Part shown: positions 16,849 to 24,000 of the stretch, in pieces
Position numbering within the stretch: position 1 is the first letter of the stretch
Layout: every line of letters begins with the position of its first letter
Notes under the pieces: generated by a model
Databases searched by the model: none
What the model was told of the DNA's origin: nothing
What the model saw: the letters and a program-made list of their open reading frames with translations, nothing else
Program-made: the position numbers and the translations under genes
Assembly (NCBI GenBank): GCA_022616375.1
Contig: JAKEEW010000038.1
Coordinates: 1,284-25,283, forward strand
DNA length: 24,000 bases
Reading direction: 5' to 3'
DNA from: Sporichthyaceae bacterium
Lineage (GTDB): Bacteria; Actinomycetota; Actinomycetes; JAKEEW01

Positions 16849-16854
16849 ACCCTA
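16849..16854 (-). promoter_or_regulatory. Candidate -10 hexamer TAGGGT, 8 nt upstream of the uppS-like ATG
   Basis: Minus strand reads ggcggcTAGGGTgatcgaccATG. There is no SD. Confidence 0.3.
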
Positions 16855-16950
16855 GCCGCCCCCGATGGCCGCTTACCGCATCGTGACAGACGGCCCGGCG
16901 GCGGACCGGACGGGTCAATCCCGCGCGTCTCACTATCTGGAGGAGTGGGT

Positions 16951-18570
16951 ATGCTCCGGCCACGACCCACGCTCCACCCCCCGGGCGAGGGCCGCCGCTC
17001 ACGTGATCGAAAGGACCGCCCCGTGGCGATCGAGCTTCCACGCGCCAAGTCGGTGCAGGTGGACCCGACCCAGGATCAGCTCAAGGCGTACGTGGCCGAG
17101 ATGCCCAACGCTCAGCTGACGGAGTTCGGCAACTACAACATCAAGGCCGTGGTGACCGCCCGGTCGGCGGGGTCGACCTTCATCGTGACCGACGACCCGT
17201 CGCGCACCACCAAGCAGACGATGCCGCGCGACGAGTACGAGCGGGTGGCCGCGGCCCAGGCGGACTACATCGCCGGCCAGGACATGGTTGTGGTGGAGGG
17301 CTACATCGGCCCGGAGAACTCCCCGTTGCGCCGCCCCGCCCGGGTGTTCATCGAGCGCACCAACTCCAACATCCCCGGCATGCAGGCACAGCTGTACTAC
17401 CCGAAGGACGCCGCCTGGCGGGAGCAGGACGCGCTCACCGTCATCTACACGCCCAACTGCCCCGCCCCTGGTGACTACCCGGACGGCAGGCTGGTCACTA
17501 TCGACCTGGACAACTGGGTCACCCGGGTGTTCAACATCGACTACTTCGGTGAGTCGAAGATGGGCGGCCTGCGGATGTGGATGGAGTGGGCCTACCAGCA
17601 GGGCGCGCTGGCGATGCACGCCGGCGCCAAGGTCATTCCGGTGGATGGCGGCGAGAAGGTGGTGCTGATCGTCGGGCTGTCCGGCACCGGCAAGACCACG
17701 ACCACGTTCACTCGGCAGAACGACTCGCTGCCGGTCCAGGACGACATCGTCGCACTGGTCGCCGGCGGCGATGCGTACGCGACCGAGAACGGCTGCTTCG
17801 CCAAGACCTTCGGGCTCGACCCGGCCTACGAGCCGACCATCTACGGCGCGCTGACCAAGCCGTCCGGTTGGCTGGAGAACGTGGCCGTGTCACCGGAAGG
17901 CAAGGTCGACTTCTACGACGACTCGTACACGGCGAACGGCCGCGGCACATTCGGCCTGGCGGAGATCCCGCATTTCGACCCGCGCAAGCTGGGCAAGGCC
18001 GACGTCCTGCTGATCCTCAACCGGAACGAGTCGATCATCCCGGCGGTCGCCAAGATGGCCAGCAAAGAGCAGGCGATCGCCTACTACATGCTCGGCGAGA
18101 CCAAGGGCACCTCGGCCGGCGGCACGGCCGAGGCGGGCAAGTTCCTGCGTGTTCCGGGGACAAACCCGTTCTTCATGGGTCACGACTACGAGCAAGGCAA
18201 CCGGCTCGGCGAGATGATCGACTCGATGGACTACGACTTCGAGGTGTTCGTCCTGAACACCGGGCGGGTCGGTGGCGGCGACGACGATGACCGGTCGAAG
18301 AAGGTCAAGATCCCGCACACCTCGGCCATCGTGAAGGCGATTGCCGAAGGCACCATCGACTGGGAGACCGACCCCGACTTCGGATACCTGGTCGCCTCCT
18401 CGGTGCCCGGATTCGACGACCCGGAGCTGCTCGCGCCGCGCAAGCTGTACCAGCGGCAGGGCCGGCTGGACGAGTATCAGGATCTGGTCGCCAAGCTGAA
18501 GGCCGAGCGGCAGGACTACATGACGCAGCACACCGGGATCGCTCCCGGAGTCGTCGGGACGCTCGGCTAG
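16951..18570 (+). CDS. pckA: Phosphoenolpyruvate carboxykinase, ATP-type (PckA family), divergent
   Basis: P-loop VGLSGTGKTT. NGCFAKTFGLDPAYEPTIYGAL...LENV parallels E. coli [22 protein letters not shown]...LENV. Also DFYDDSYTANGRG and VLNTGRVGG. ATG 16951 has GGAGGAG 5 nt upstream and gives 539 aa. The alternative GTG 17023 would remove an R/P-rich 24-aa extension. Confidence 0.8.
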   Translation: MLRPRPTLHPPGEGRRSRDRKDRPVAIELPRAKSVQVDPTQDQLKAYVAEMPNAQLTEFGNYNIKAVVTARSAGSTFIVTDDPSRTTKQTMPRDEYERVAAAQADYIAGQDMVVVEGYIGPENSPLRRPARVFIERTNSNIPGMQAQLYYPKDAAWREQDALTVIYTPNCPAPGDYPDGRLVTIDLDNWVTRVFNIDYFGESKMGGLRMWMEWAYQQGALAMHAGAKVIPVDGGEKVVLIVGLSGTGKTTTTFTRQNDSLPVQDDIVALVAGGDAYATENGCFAKTFGLDPAYEPTIYGALTKPSGWLENVAVSPEGKVDFYDDSYTANGRGTFGLAEIPHFDPRKLGKADVLLILNRNESIIPAVAKMASKEQAIAYYMLGETKGTSAGGTAEAGKFLRVPGTNPFFMGHDYEQGNRLGEMIDSMDYDFEVFVLNTGRVGGGDDDDRSKKVKIPHTSAIVKAIAEGTIDWETDPDFGYLVASSVPGFDDPELLAPRKLYQRQGRLDEYQDLVAKLKAERQDYMTQHTGIAPGVVGTLG

Positions 18571-18573
18571 GCC

Positions 18574-18987
18574 GTGCGCCGAGCAATCGTCGCGACTAGC
18601 CTCACCATCCTCGCGTTAGCCGGCTGCTCCTCGTCATCGTCCGGTGCGCCGCCGGCGACCATCGAGGCGACGAACAACGACGCGGCGGCGGGGGCCGAGC
18701 TGGACGCTGCGCTGGCCAAGCTCGAGAGACGCGGCTGCGAATGTTCAAGGACGGCGACCAGATCCTCGTGACCGCGGACAACGACCTATACGCGGGGTCG
18801 CTGGCTGCGGATCGATCTCACCGAGGCTCCGGTGCTGGAGCAGGTGATCGAGCGGATCGACCGGCCTGACGTGACCGAGATGCTGCAGCAGCTGAGGATG
18901 GGCGCCGAGATTCGGGTAAGCCGGGTGGGCGCGGCCCCCGCTCCGGTGGCACCGACGGCCGACACAATCGTCGACTCGCTGAACTAG
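18574..18987 (+). pseudogene. Lipoprotein gene interrupted by two compensating frameshifts (or two sequence errors)
   Basis: The signal peptide plus lipobox MRRAIVATSLTILALAGC is in frame 1. High-GC3 coding moves to the +2 frame from about 18726 (…ETRLRMFKDGDQILVTADNDLYAG). It returns to frame 1 at the GGGG run 18794-18797 (…RWLRIDLTEAPVLEQVIERIDRPDVTEMLQQLRMGAEIRVSRVG…SLN*, stop 18985-18987). Frame 1 hits TGA at 18769-18771. Confidence 0.5.
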
Positions 18988-19068
18988 TCGGTGGCCCGCT
19001 AGCGGCCGACCGTGCCGTTTGCCGGATGCCGACCGGACGCGCGGCGGGGGGTCCGTCGCCCGGTGCCA

Positions 19069-19103
19069 GACGGGGATCGACGACAGTGTCGTCGATCCCC
19101 GTC
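19069..19103. terminator. Perfect 16-bp stem / 3-nt loop hairpin between convergent genes (bidirectional terminator candidate)
   Basis: GACGGGGATCGACGAC-agt-GTCGTCGATCCCCGTC read directly. It lies 12 nt downstream of the stop of the 181-aa gene (-) and 82 nt downstream of the lipoprotein ORF (+). There is no U-tract, which is common in actinobacteria. Confidence 0.55.
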
Positions 19104-19114
19104 GGCTACCGCAC

Positions 19115-19660
19115 CTACACCATCTGGTTGGTCGGGCCGGACTCGCGCACCTGCTCGACCTTCTGCATCGCCTCGCGCAGCTCACCCAGCCAGGTCTCGG
19201 CGTTCTTGCCCACCAGGCGGACGCACCAGGCGAGCGCCTCGCTGCGGCTGCGGGCCACGCCGGCGTCGACCAGAGTGTCCAGCACGGCCCGGTCGGCCTG
19301 CCGCAGCCGGGTCATCACCGGCACCGACAACGTGGTGAACAGCTCGCGCTGGTCGCCGCTGTCGACGCCCCAGGCCACCTTCCGCCTGGCGGCGTGCTCG
19401 AGCTCCCGGGCGATCTCGATCCGCCGTTCCCTGGTCCGCTCCCGGAACTCCTTGATCTTCCCGGCGTGCGCGGCGGCCCGCTCGGCGTCCGACGCGTCCT
19501 CGGCCACGGTCGGCTCGGCGATCCGCCCCACGATGGTGATCTCGTCACGATCAACCGTGACCTCGACCGGCTCGGTGAACCAGTCCTCGGGCAGGCGGCC
19601 GGACAGCCACCCGCGTATCTTCTCCGTCGACTGCTGCGACGATCTCTTCTCGGTAGTCAT
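19115..19660 (-). CDS. Hypothetical protein, 181 aa, with a C-terminal ribbon-helix-helix-like segment
   Basis: ATG start with coding-like GC3. A charged central helix (KIKEFRERTRERRIEIARELEHAARRK) is followed by LSVPVMTRLRQADRAVLDTLVDAGVARSRSEALAWCVRLV. By eye this resembles a beta-strand/helix/helix CopG-type motif. The assignment is an inference, not a motif match. Confidence 0.65.
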   Translation of the reverse strand: MTTEKRSSQQSTEKIRGWLSGRLPEDWFTEPVEVTVDRDEITIVGRIAEPTVAEDASDAERAAAHAGKIKEFRERTRERRIEIARELEHAARRKVAWGVDSGDQRELFTTLSVPVMTRLRQADRAVLDTLVDAGVARSRSEALAWCVRLVGKNAETWLGELREAMQKVEQVRESGPTNQMV

Positions 19661-19684
19661 GTAATTATGATTACACGATTACAC
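19661..19684 (-). promoter_or_regulatory. AT-rich stretch with an 8-bp tandem direct repeat directly upstream of the 181-aa gene start
   Basis: Minus strand reads GTGTAATC GTGTAATC ATAATTAC ATG (plus strand gtaattat gattacac gattacac). It contains TGTAAT/CATAAT -10-like hexamers. It is a strikingly AT-rich patch in about 70% GC DNA. Confidence 0.35.
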
Positions 19685-19714
19685 ACCACGGTGACCAGTC
19701 TCATTTCGACTCCC

Positions 19715-21292
19715 CTACCCGATCAGGTGTCCGGCCCGCCGAAGCAGCTCGGCCAGCTCGGCGACCTGGGGATCCTCGGTCATGGCGGCCAGCCGGTCGG
19801 CATGCCCGGCCAGCTCCGTGGCGTCGGACAGCGGGTACGGGCCGGCCTGGTATCCCGACCAGCCATCGGCGCCGACCCGGAGCAGGGCGGCGAACCGGGC
19901 GACGACCGCATCCACCTGGAGCCGCGCCGACGGCTCCCGCCAGACGTCACCAGCAAGATCCGCAACGAACACCTCGCGGGTCGCCTCGTCGGGCAGCTCG
20001 GTCACCGGATCCAGCCACCGCACACTGGCCTGCGCTACCCGGCCAGACGGCGCGGCCCCGGGCGCCAGCACGATCTCGTACAGCGCGGTCACGCTGTGCC
20101 CAGGCCCGATCTCGGCACCGTCCACCTCGTCGTTTCTGAAGTCGGTGTCGGCGAGCAGGCGATTGTCGTAGCCGATCAGCCGGTAGGACAGCACGGTCTG
20201 CGGGTCGAACACCACCTGCGCCTTTGCGTCCCTGGCTCGCACCTGCAACGTGCTGGCCAACCGGTCCACGAACAGCGCCCGCGCATCCTCCACGGAACTG
20301 ACGTAGACCGCCATCCCGTCGCCCTGGTCGGCCAACCGTTCCATGAGCTCGTCGCCGTACTCCCGGCCGACTCCGACGCACAGCAGGTCGATGCCGCGGC
20401 TTGCCTCGTTCCGGACCTGATCGAGAATCTCTACGGGGTCGGTGGCACCGGCGTTGGCCAGGCCGTCGGAGAGCAGGATGACCCGGTTCTCGGCACCGGG
20501 CACGAAGCCGGCCCTGGCCACCTGATAGCCGGCGGCGAGCCCGGCCGCCAGGTTGGTGTTCTGCAGCGGATGCAGCCGGTCGATCGCGGCATGCAGCGCG
20601 GACCGTTCGGCGGCGACCGAGGTCATCTGCCACAGCACCGCCGCGCTACTGCTGTAGGCGACCAGCGCGAACGAATCCTCGGCACCGAGCTGGTCGACCA
20701 GGGTGTGGAGGGCGTGCTGGACCAGGTCGAGCCGGCCCGGCTCGGACATCGAGCCGGAGACGTCCACCACGAACGTCAGCGCGACCGGGCCGCCGGTCGC
20801 CGAGTCGGTGCCGGAACCGGCCGGATCGGCTGCCCTGGTCTGCAGGCCGACCCGCATCAACCGGACCTCGGCACCGCCCGGCTGGTATTCCGCATCGGCG
20901 CCGTATCCGGTCGGCACGCCGAGCCCACCTGCCGCGCCGTCGACGGTGACGGTGAAGCCGTTGCCTGCAGGCTGCGGGTAGTCCTGCCGGAACGCGTTGA
21001 TGAACTCCTCGACCCGAACGGTCTTCGGATCGGGAAGCTGACCCTCGCCGATCAGCCGGCGGGCATAGTCGAACGAGGCGGTGTCGACGTCGAGCGCGAA
21101 CGTCGAGGCCGGATCGGCGGCGGCCGGAACTCCACCCGGAACGACCGGGCCTCCCGGCAGCGGCGGGCCACCCTGAGGCAGACCGGCGGCGCCGGAGTCG
21201 GATCCACCGCCGCACGCGGTGAGCAGTAGCGCGGCCGCAACAGCAGCCGCGGGTAATACGGATCGGATGGTGCGACGTGCGAGGAGCGCCAT
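19715..21292 (-). CDS. YfbK-like von Willebrand factor type A lipoprotein (vWA plus DUF3520-type C-terminus)
   Basis: Signal peptide with lipobox (AAALLLTACGG). N-terminal STFALDVDTASFDYARRLIGEGQLPDPKTVRVEEFINAF. MIDAS motif FVVDVSGSM. C-terminal SYRLIGYDNRLLADTDFRNDEVDGAEIGPGHSVTALYE. The start at ATG 21292 follows GGGGG; the track start TTG 21388 precedes the signal peptide by 32 aa. Confidence 0.85.
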   Translation of the reverse strand: MALLARRTIRSVLPAAAVAAALLLTACGGGSDSGAAGLPQGGPPLPGGPVVPGGVPAAADPASTFALDVDTASFDYARRLIGEGQLPDPKTVRVEEFINAFRQDYPQPAGNGFTVTVDGAAGGLGVPTGYGADAEYQPGGAEVRLMRVGLQTRAADPAGSGTDSATGGPVALTFVVDVSGSMSEPGRLDLVQHALHTLVDQLGAEDSFALVAYSSSAAVLWQMTSVAAERSALHAAIDRLHPLQNTNLAAGLAAGYQVARAGFVPGAENRVILLSDGLANAGATDPVEILDQVRNEASRGIDLLCVGVGREYGDELMERLADQGDGMAVYVSSVEDARALFVDRLASTLQVRARDAKAQVVFDPQTVLSYRLIGYDNRLLADTDFRNDEVDGAEIGPGHSVTALYEIVLAPGAAPSGRVAQASVRWLDPVTELPDEATREVFVADLAGDVWREPSARLQVDAVVARFAALLRVGADGWSGYQAGPYPLSDATELAGHADRLAAMTEDPQVAELAELLRRAGHLIG

Positions 21293-21479
21293 GACTACCC
21301 CCGAACTCAGGTCGCTAGCGGGACCGGACAGGTCCTGTGACCGGAGCATGGCCGCGCCTGGTTCCACGCGAAATCGCAGGTAGCGCAACCGTGCTCCGGC
21401 CGAGATCGCTTCGATGCCGATGTTGCGCTACCGACACCGACCCTCGGCCGACCCGCGACCGACCCGTCACCTGGCCGAG

Positions 21480-21500
21480 ACCCGGGTGACCGACCCGGGT
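21480..21500 (-). terminator. Hairpin ACCCGGGT-n5-ACCCGGGT, 5 nt downstream of the thioredoxin-domain gene stop
   Basis: Read directly: acccgggtgaccgacccgggt. ACCCGGGT is self-complementary, so the two copies form an 8-bp GC-rich stem with a 5-nt loop. There is no U-tract. Confidence 0.35.
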
Positions 21501-21505
21501 AACCG

Positions 21506-23536
21506 TCAGCCGGCCGAGACCCGAGCCCCCACCTGCCCGGCGAGCACGTCCGCCGCGGTGGTCGGCGCATCGCAGGTGAACTGCCGGCACACGTACGCCG
21601 TCGGCGCGCCGTCGACCAGCGGGCGGTCGTAGAGCAGCGGCACCGCGGCCAGCTCGGCCGGATCGCCGACCGCGACGACCGCGCCGGGTGCGGTGCCGAG
21701 CAGCGCGACCCGGCGCAGCGCCCGGGTCCGCGGGTCGGCGGTCGGCCCGAGCACCGCGATCTCGCGCGGCCCGTCGACCAGCGCCTCGGCCACCGCCAGC
21801 CCCCACCCGGCGAACCGGGCATGCCGGGCGGCCAGCGCCGAGATGACCCCGAGTGCCCGCTCCGCGGCCTCCCGATGCTCGGCCGACCCGGTGTAGGCCG
21901 CGTACCGCAGCAATGCACCGGCGAGCGCGCCTTGCCCGGACGGGGTCGCGTTGTCGGTCGGATCCTGCGGGCGCCGGATCAGCTCCTCGGCATCGTCCGC
22001 GGTGTCGAAGAACCCGCCGGAGCCATCTCCGAAGTGGGATAGCGCGACGTCAAGGAGCACCCCGGCGAACGCGAGCCACTCGTCCTCGCTGGTCACCGCG
22101 TAGAGCGCGAGCATGCCCTCGGCCACGTTGGCGTAGTCCTCGAGCACGCCGGCGGTGGAGCCCGGCCGGCCGTCCCGGGAGGTCCGGACCAGCCGGTCGC
22201 CGTGTGACCCGGTGCCGAGATGGACCGACACCAGCAGATCGGCCGCGGCGATGGCGGCCTCGACATACTCGGCGCGGTCGAACACCGCGCCCGCCTCGGC
22301 CAGCGCCGCGATCGCCAGACCGTTCCAAGCGGCGACCACCTTGTCGTCGCGGCCCGGCCGCACCCTGGTCTCGCGCTCCGCGAGCAGCGCCGCGCGCACC
22401 TGCTGGAAGCGTCCGGCGTCGTCCGGGTCCGCGCGCAGCTGCAGCACCGAGCTGCCGTGCTCGAACGTGCCGGCGGCGGTGACCCCGAACAGCTCGGCTG
22501 CCCAGGCACCGTCGCCGTCGCCGAGCACGGCATCGAGCTGGGCCGGCGTCCAGACGTAGAAGCGACCTTCAACCCCTTCGCTGTCCGCATCCAGAGCGGA
22601 CGCGAACCCACCCTGCGGAGTGCGCAGCTCGCGTAGCAGCCAGCTGGCGGTCTCGATCGCAATCCGCGAGGCCAGGTAATCGCCGCTGGCCCGCCACCAG
22701 TTCGTGTACACCCGCAGCAGCAGCGCGTTGTCGTACAGCATCTTCTCGAAGTGCGGCACCACCCACTCGGCGTCCACCGAGTAGCGGGCGAACCCACCGG
22801 CGAGCTGGTCGTACATCCCGCCCCTGGCCATCGCGGTGGCGGTGCCGGCCACCATGCTCAGCGCCGGCTCGGCACCGACCCTGGCATTGTGCCGCAGCAG
22901 GAACTCCAGCACCATCGACGGCGGGAACTTCGGAGCACCGCCGAACCCGCCATGCGCCCGGTCGTAGTCCATATGCAGGCTGGCCACCGCGGTGGACAGC
23001 AGCTCGGGGGTCGGCGCCCGGGCCGACTCGACGGTGAAGTTGCGCTCCCGCAGCTGCCGGGTCACCTGCCGGCCGACCGTCTCCAGGTCCGAACGCCGCT
23101 CCCGCCAGGCCTCCGTGACCGCGGCCATCACCTGGGCGAAGCTGGGCATGCCGTGCCGTTGAGTGGGCGGGAAGTAGGTGCCGGTGAAGAACGGTTCGCC
23201 CGCCGGGGTGGCGAACACCGTCATCGGCCAGCCGCCGTGCCCGGTCATCGCCTGGGTCGCTTCCATGTAGACCGCGTCGACGTCCGGCCGCTCCTCCCGG
23301 TCTACCTTGATGCTTACGAAGGACGCGTTCATCATCGCCGCGGTCGCCGGGTCCTCGAACGACTCGTGCGCCATGACGTGGCACCAGTGGCAGGCCGAGT
23401 AGCCCACCGAGATCAGCACCGGCACATCGCGGCGGAGTGCCTCGGCGAACGCCTCCTCGCCCCACTCCCACCAGTCCACCGGGTTCTCGGCGTGCTGCTG
23501 CAGATACGGGCTGGTCGCGTCCTTCAACCGGTTCAT
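21506..23536 (-). CDS. Thioredoxin-domain protein of the YyaL/DUF255 family (Rv1084-like)
   Basis: 676 aa: [22 protein letters not shown]...[24 protein letters not shown] with a CxxC motif. This is followed by a long alpha/alpha-toroid-like region, as in YyaL/SPATA20 homologues. Confidence 0.9.
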   Translation of the reverse strand: MNRLKDATSPYLQQHAENPVDWWEWGEEAFAEALRRDVPVLISVGYSACHWCHVMAHESFEDPATAAMMNASFVSIKVDREERPDVDAVYMEATQAMTGHGGWPMTVFATPAGEPFFTGTYFPPTQRHGMPSFAQVMAAVTEAWRERRSDLETVGRQVTRQLRERNFTVESARAPTPELLSTAVASLHMDYDRAHGGFGGAPKFPPSMVLEFLLRHNARVGAEPALSMVAGTATAMARGGMYDQLAGGFARYSVDAEWVVPHFEKMLYDNALLLRVYTNWWRASGDYLASRIAIETASWLLRELRTPQGGFASALDADSEGVEGRFYVWTPAQLDAVLGDGDGAWAAELFGVTAAGTFEHGSSVLQLRADPDDAGRFQQVRAALLAERETRVRPGRDDKVVAAWNGLAIAALAEAGAVFDRAEYVEAAIAAADLLVSVHLGTGSHGDRLVRTSRDGRPGSTAGVLEDYANVAEGMLALYAVTSEDEWLAFAGVLLDVALSHFGDGSGGFFDTADDAEELIRRPQDPTDNATPSGQGALAGALLRYAAYTGSAEHREAAERALGVISALAARHARFAGWGLAVAEALVDGPREIAVLGPTADPRTRALRRVALLGTAPGAVVAVGDPAELAAVPLLYDRPLVDGAPTAYVCRQFTCDAPTTAADVLAGQVGARVSAG

Positions 23537-23568
23537 CAGTGCCGGACCTCAGCCATCGGTCGTCACGG

Positions 23569-24000
23569 TCAGTTGCCGACTCCACCGTAGACCGGCAGAC
23601 CGCGCCCGGCCGGAACCAACCCGATGGCGTCCTGTGCGGCGGCCAGGACCGGGGCGGCCAGCTCCGCCGCCCGCGCGGCGCCGTCGACCAGGAACCGCTC
23701 GGTGTCCGCCGGGTCCGCGGCCAGGTGCCGGTACCGATCCTGGATCGGCCGCAGCATCTCGACGACCGCCTCGGCGACCTCGGCTTTGAGTGCTCGGTAC
23801 GAGCTCGGCGCCACCTGGTCCGGAGCCACACCGGTGCATGCGGACAGGATGGCGAGCAGGTTGGACACGCCGGGCTTGGTGTCCGGGTCGTAGCGGACCT
23901 GGCCCTCGCTGTCGGTAACCGCTCGGGCGACCGCTGCCCGGATCTGCTCCGGTGGGTCGAGCAGGTGGATCACCCCGGCATCCGACGTGGTGCTCTTGCT
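23569..24000 (-). CDS. trpS: Tryptophan--tRNA ligase, C-terminal 143 codons (gene continues beyond the window end)
   Basis: The frame is open to the window edge: ...SKSTTSDAGVIHLLDPPEQIRAAVARAVTDSEGQVRYDPDTKPGVSNLLAILSA... This is the (KM)SKS loop followed by the typical TrpRS C-terminal sequence. It lies 32 nt upstream of the thioredoxin-domain gene, so the two are probably an operon. Confidence 0.9.
   Translation of the reverse strand, partial: SKSTTSDAGVIHLLDPPEQIRAAVARAVTDSEGQVRYDPDTKPGVSNLLAILSACTGVAPDQVAPSSYRALKAEVAEAVVEMLRPIQDRYRHLAADPADTERFLVDGAARAAELAAPVLAAAQDAIGLVPAGRGLPVYGGVGN

Noticed and set aside
692-18618. Rare TTA leucine codons (692-694 in the ABC ATPase, 9478-9480 in the DUF1353 gene, 18616-18618 in the lipoprotein signal peptide) as possible bldA-type regulation.
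   Set aside because: One of them sits in an ordinary transporter gene, the organism is not known to be a streptomycete, and three codons do not establish a pattern.
18996-21320. Shared CGCTAGCGG 9-mer (palindromic core CGCTAGCG) at 18998-19006 and 21313-21321.
   Set aside because: There are only two short copies with different flanks. There is no consistent position relative to genes and not enough signal to call a motif.

Overview
High-GC (about 70%) actinobacterial chromosome, mostly core housekeeping genes. Gene order matches, from memory, the M. tuberculosis Rv1084-Rv1112 neighbourhood: ychF / ABC exporter pair / rmuC / ispH / xseA-xseB / Rv1100-like protein / glpX / [inserted genes] / fumC / DUF402 / phoH2 / VOC / Rv1086-like cis-prenyltransferase / [inserted genes] / Rv1084-like thioredoxin-domain protein / trpS. 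All homology calls come from motifs read by eye in the ORF track; no searches were run. I do not see a convincing novel multi-gene system such as a defence island, CRISPR array, retron or prophage. The points worth a second look are smaller. (1) A 156-bp TA-flanked hairpin element sits exactly at the xseA/xseB junction; removing it in silico restores an ATGA stop/start overlap. (2) A 20-bp tandem repeat array lies between xseB and the Rv1100-like gene. (3) A lower-GC insertion between glpX and fumC carries a short SD-driven uORF, a 144-aa helical protein and a DUF1353-membrane fusion, next to an ABC-2 exporter. (4) A lipoprotein gene is broken by two compensating frameshifts. (5) A 181-aa RHH-like protein has an AT-rich direct-repeat upstream region and lies downstream of a YfbK-like vWA lipoprotein. 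(6) TANNNT -10 hexamers recur 6-8 nt upstream of five start codons, suggesting leaderless mRNAs. The many long antisense or alternate-frame ORFs in the track are high-GC artefacts.
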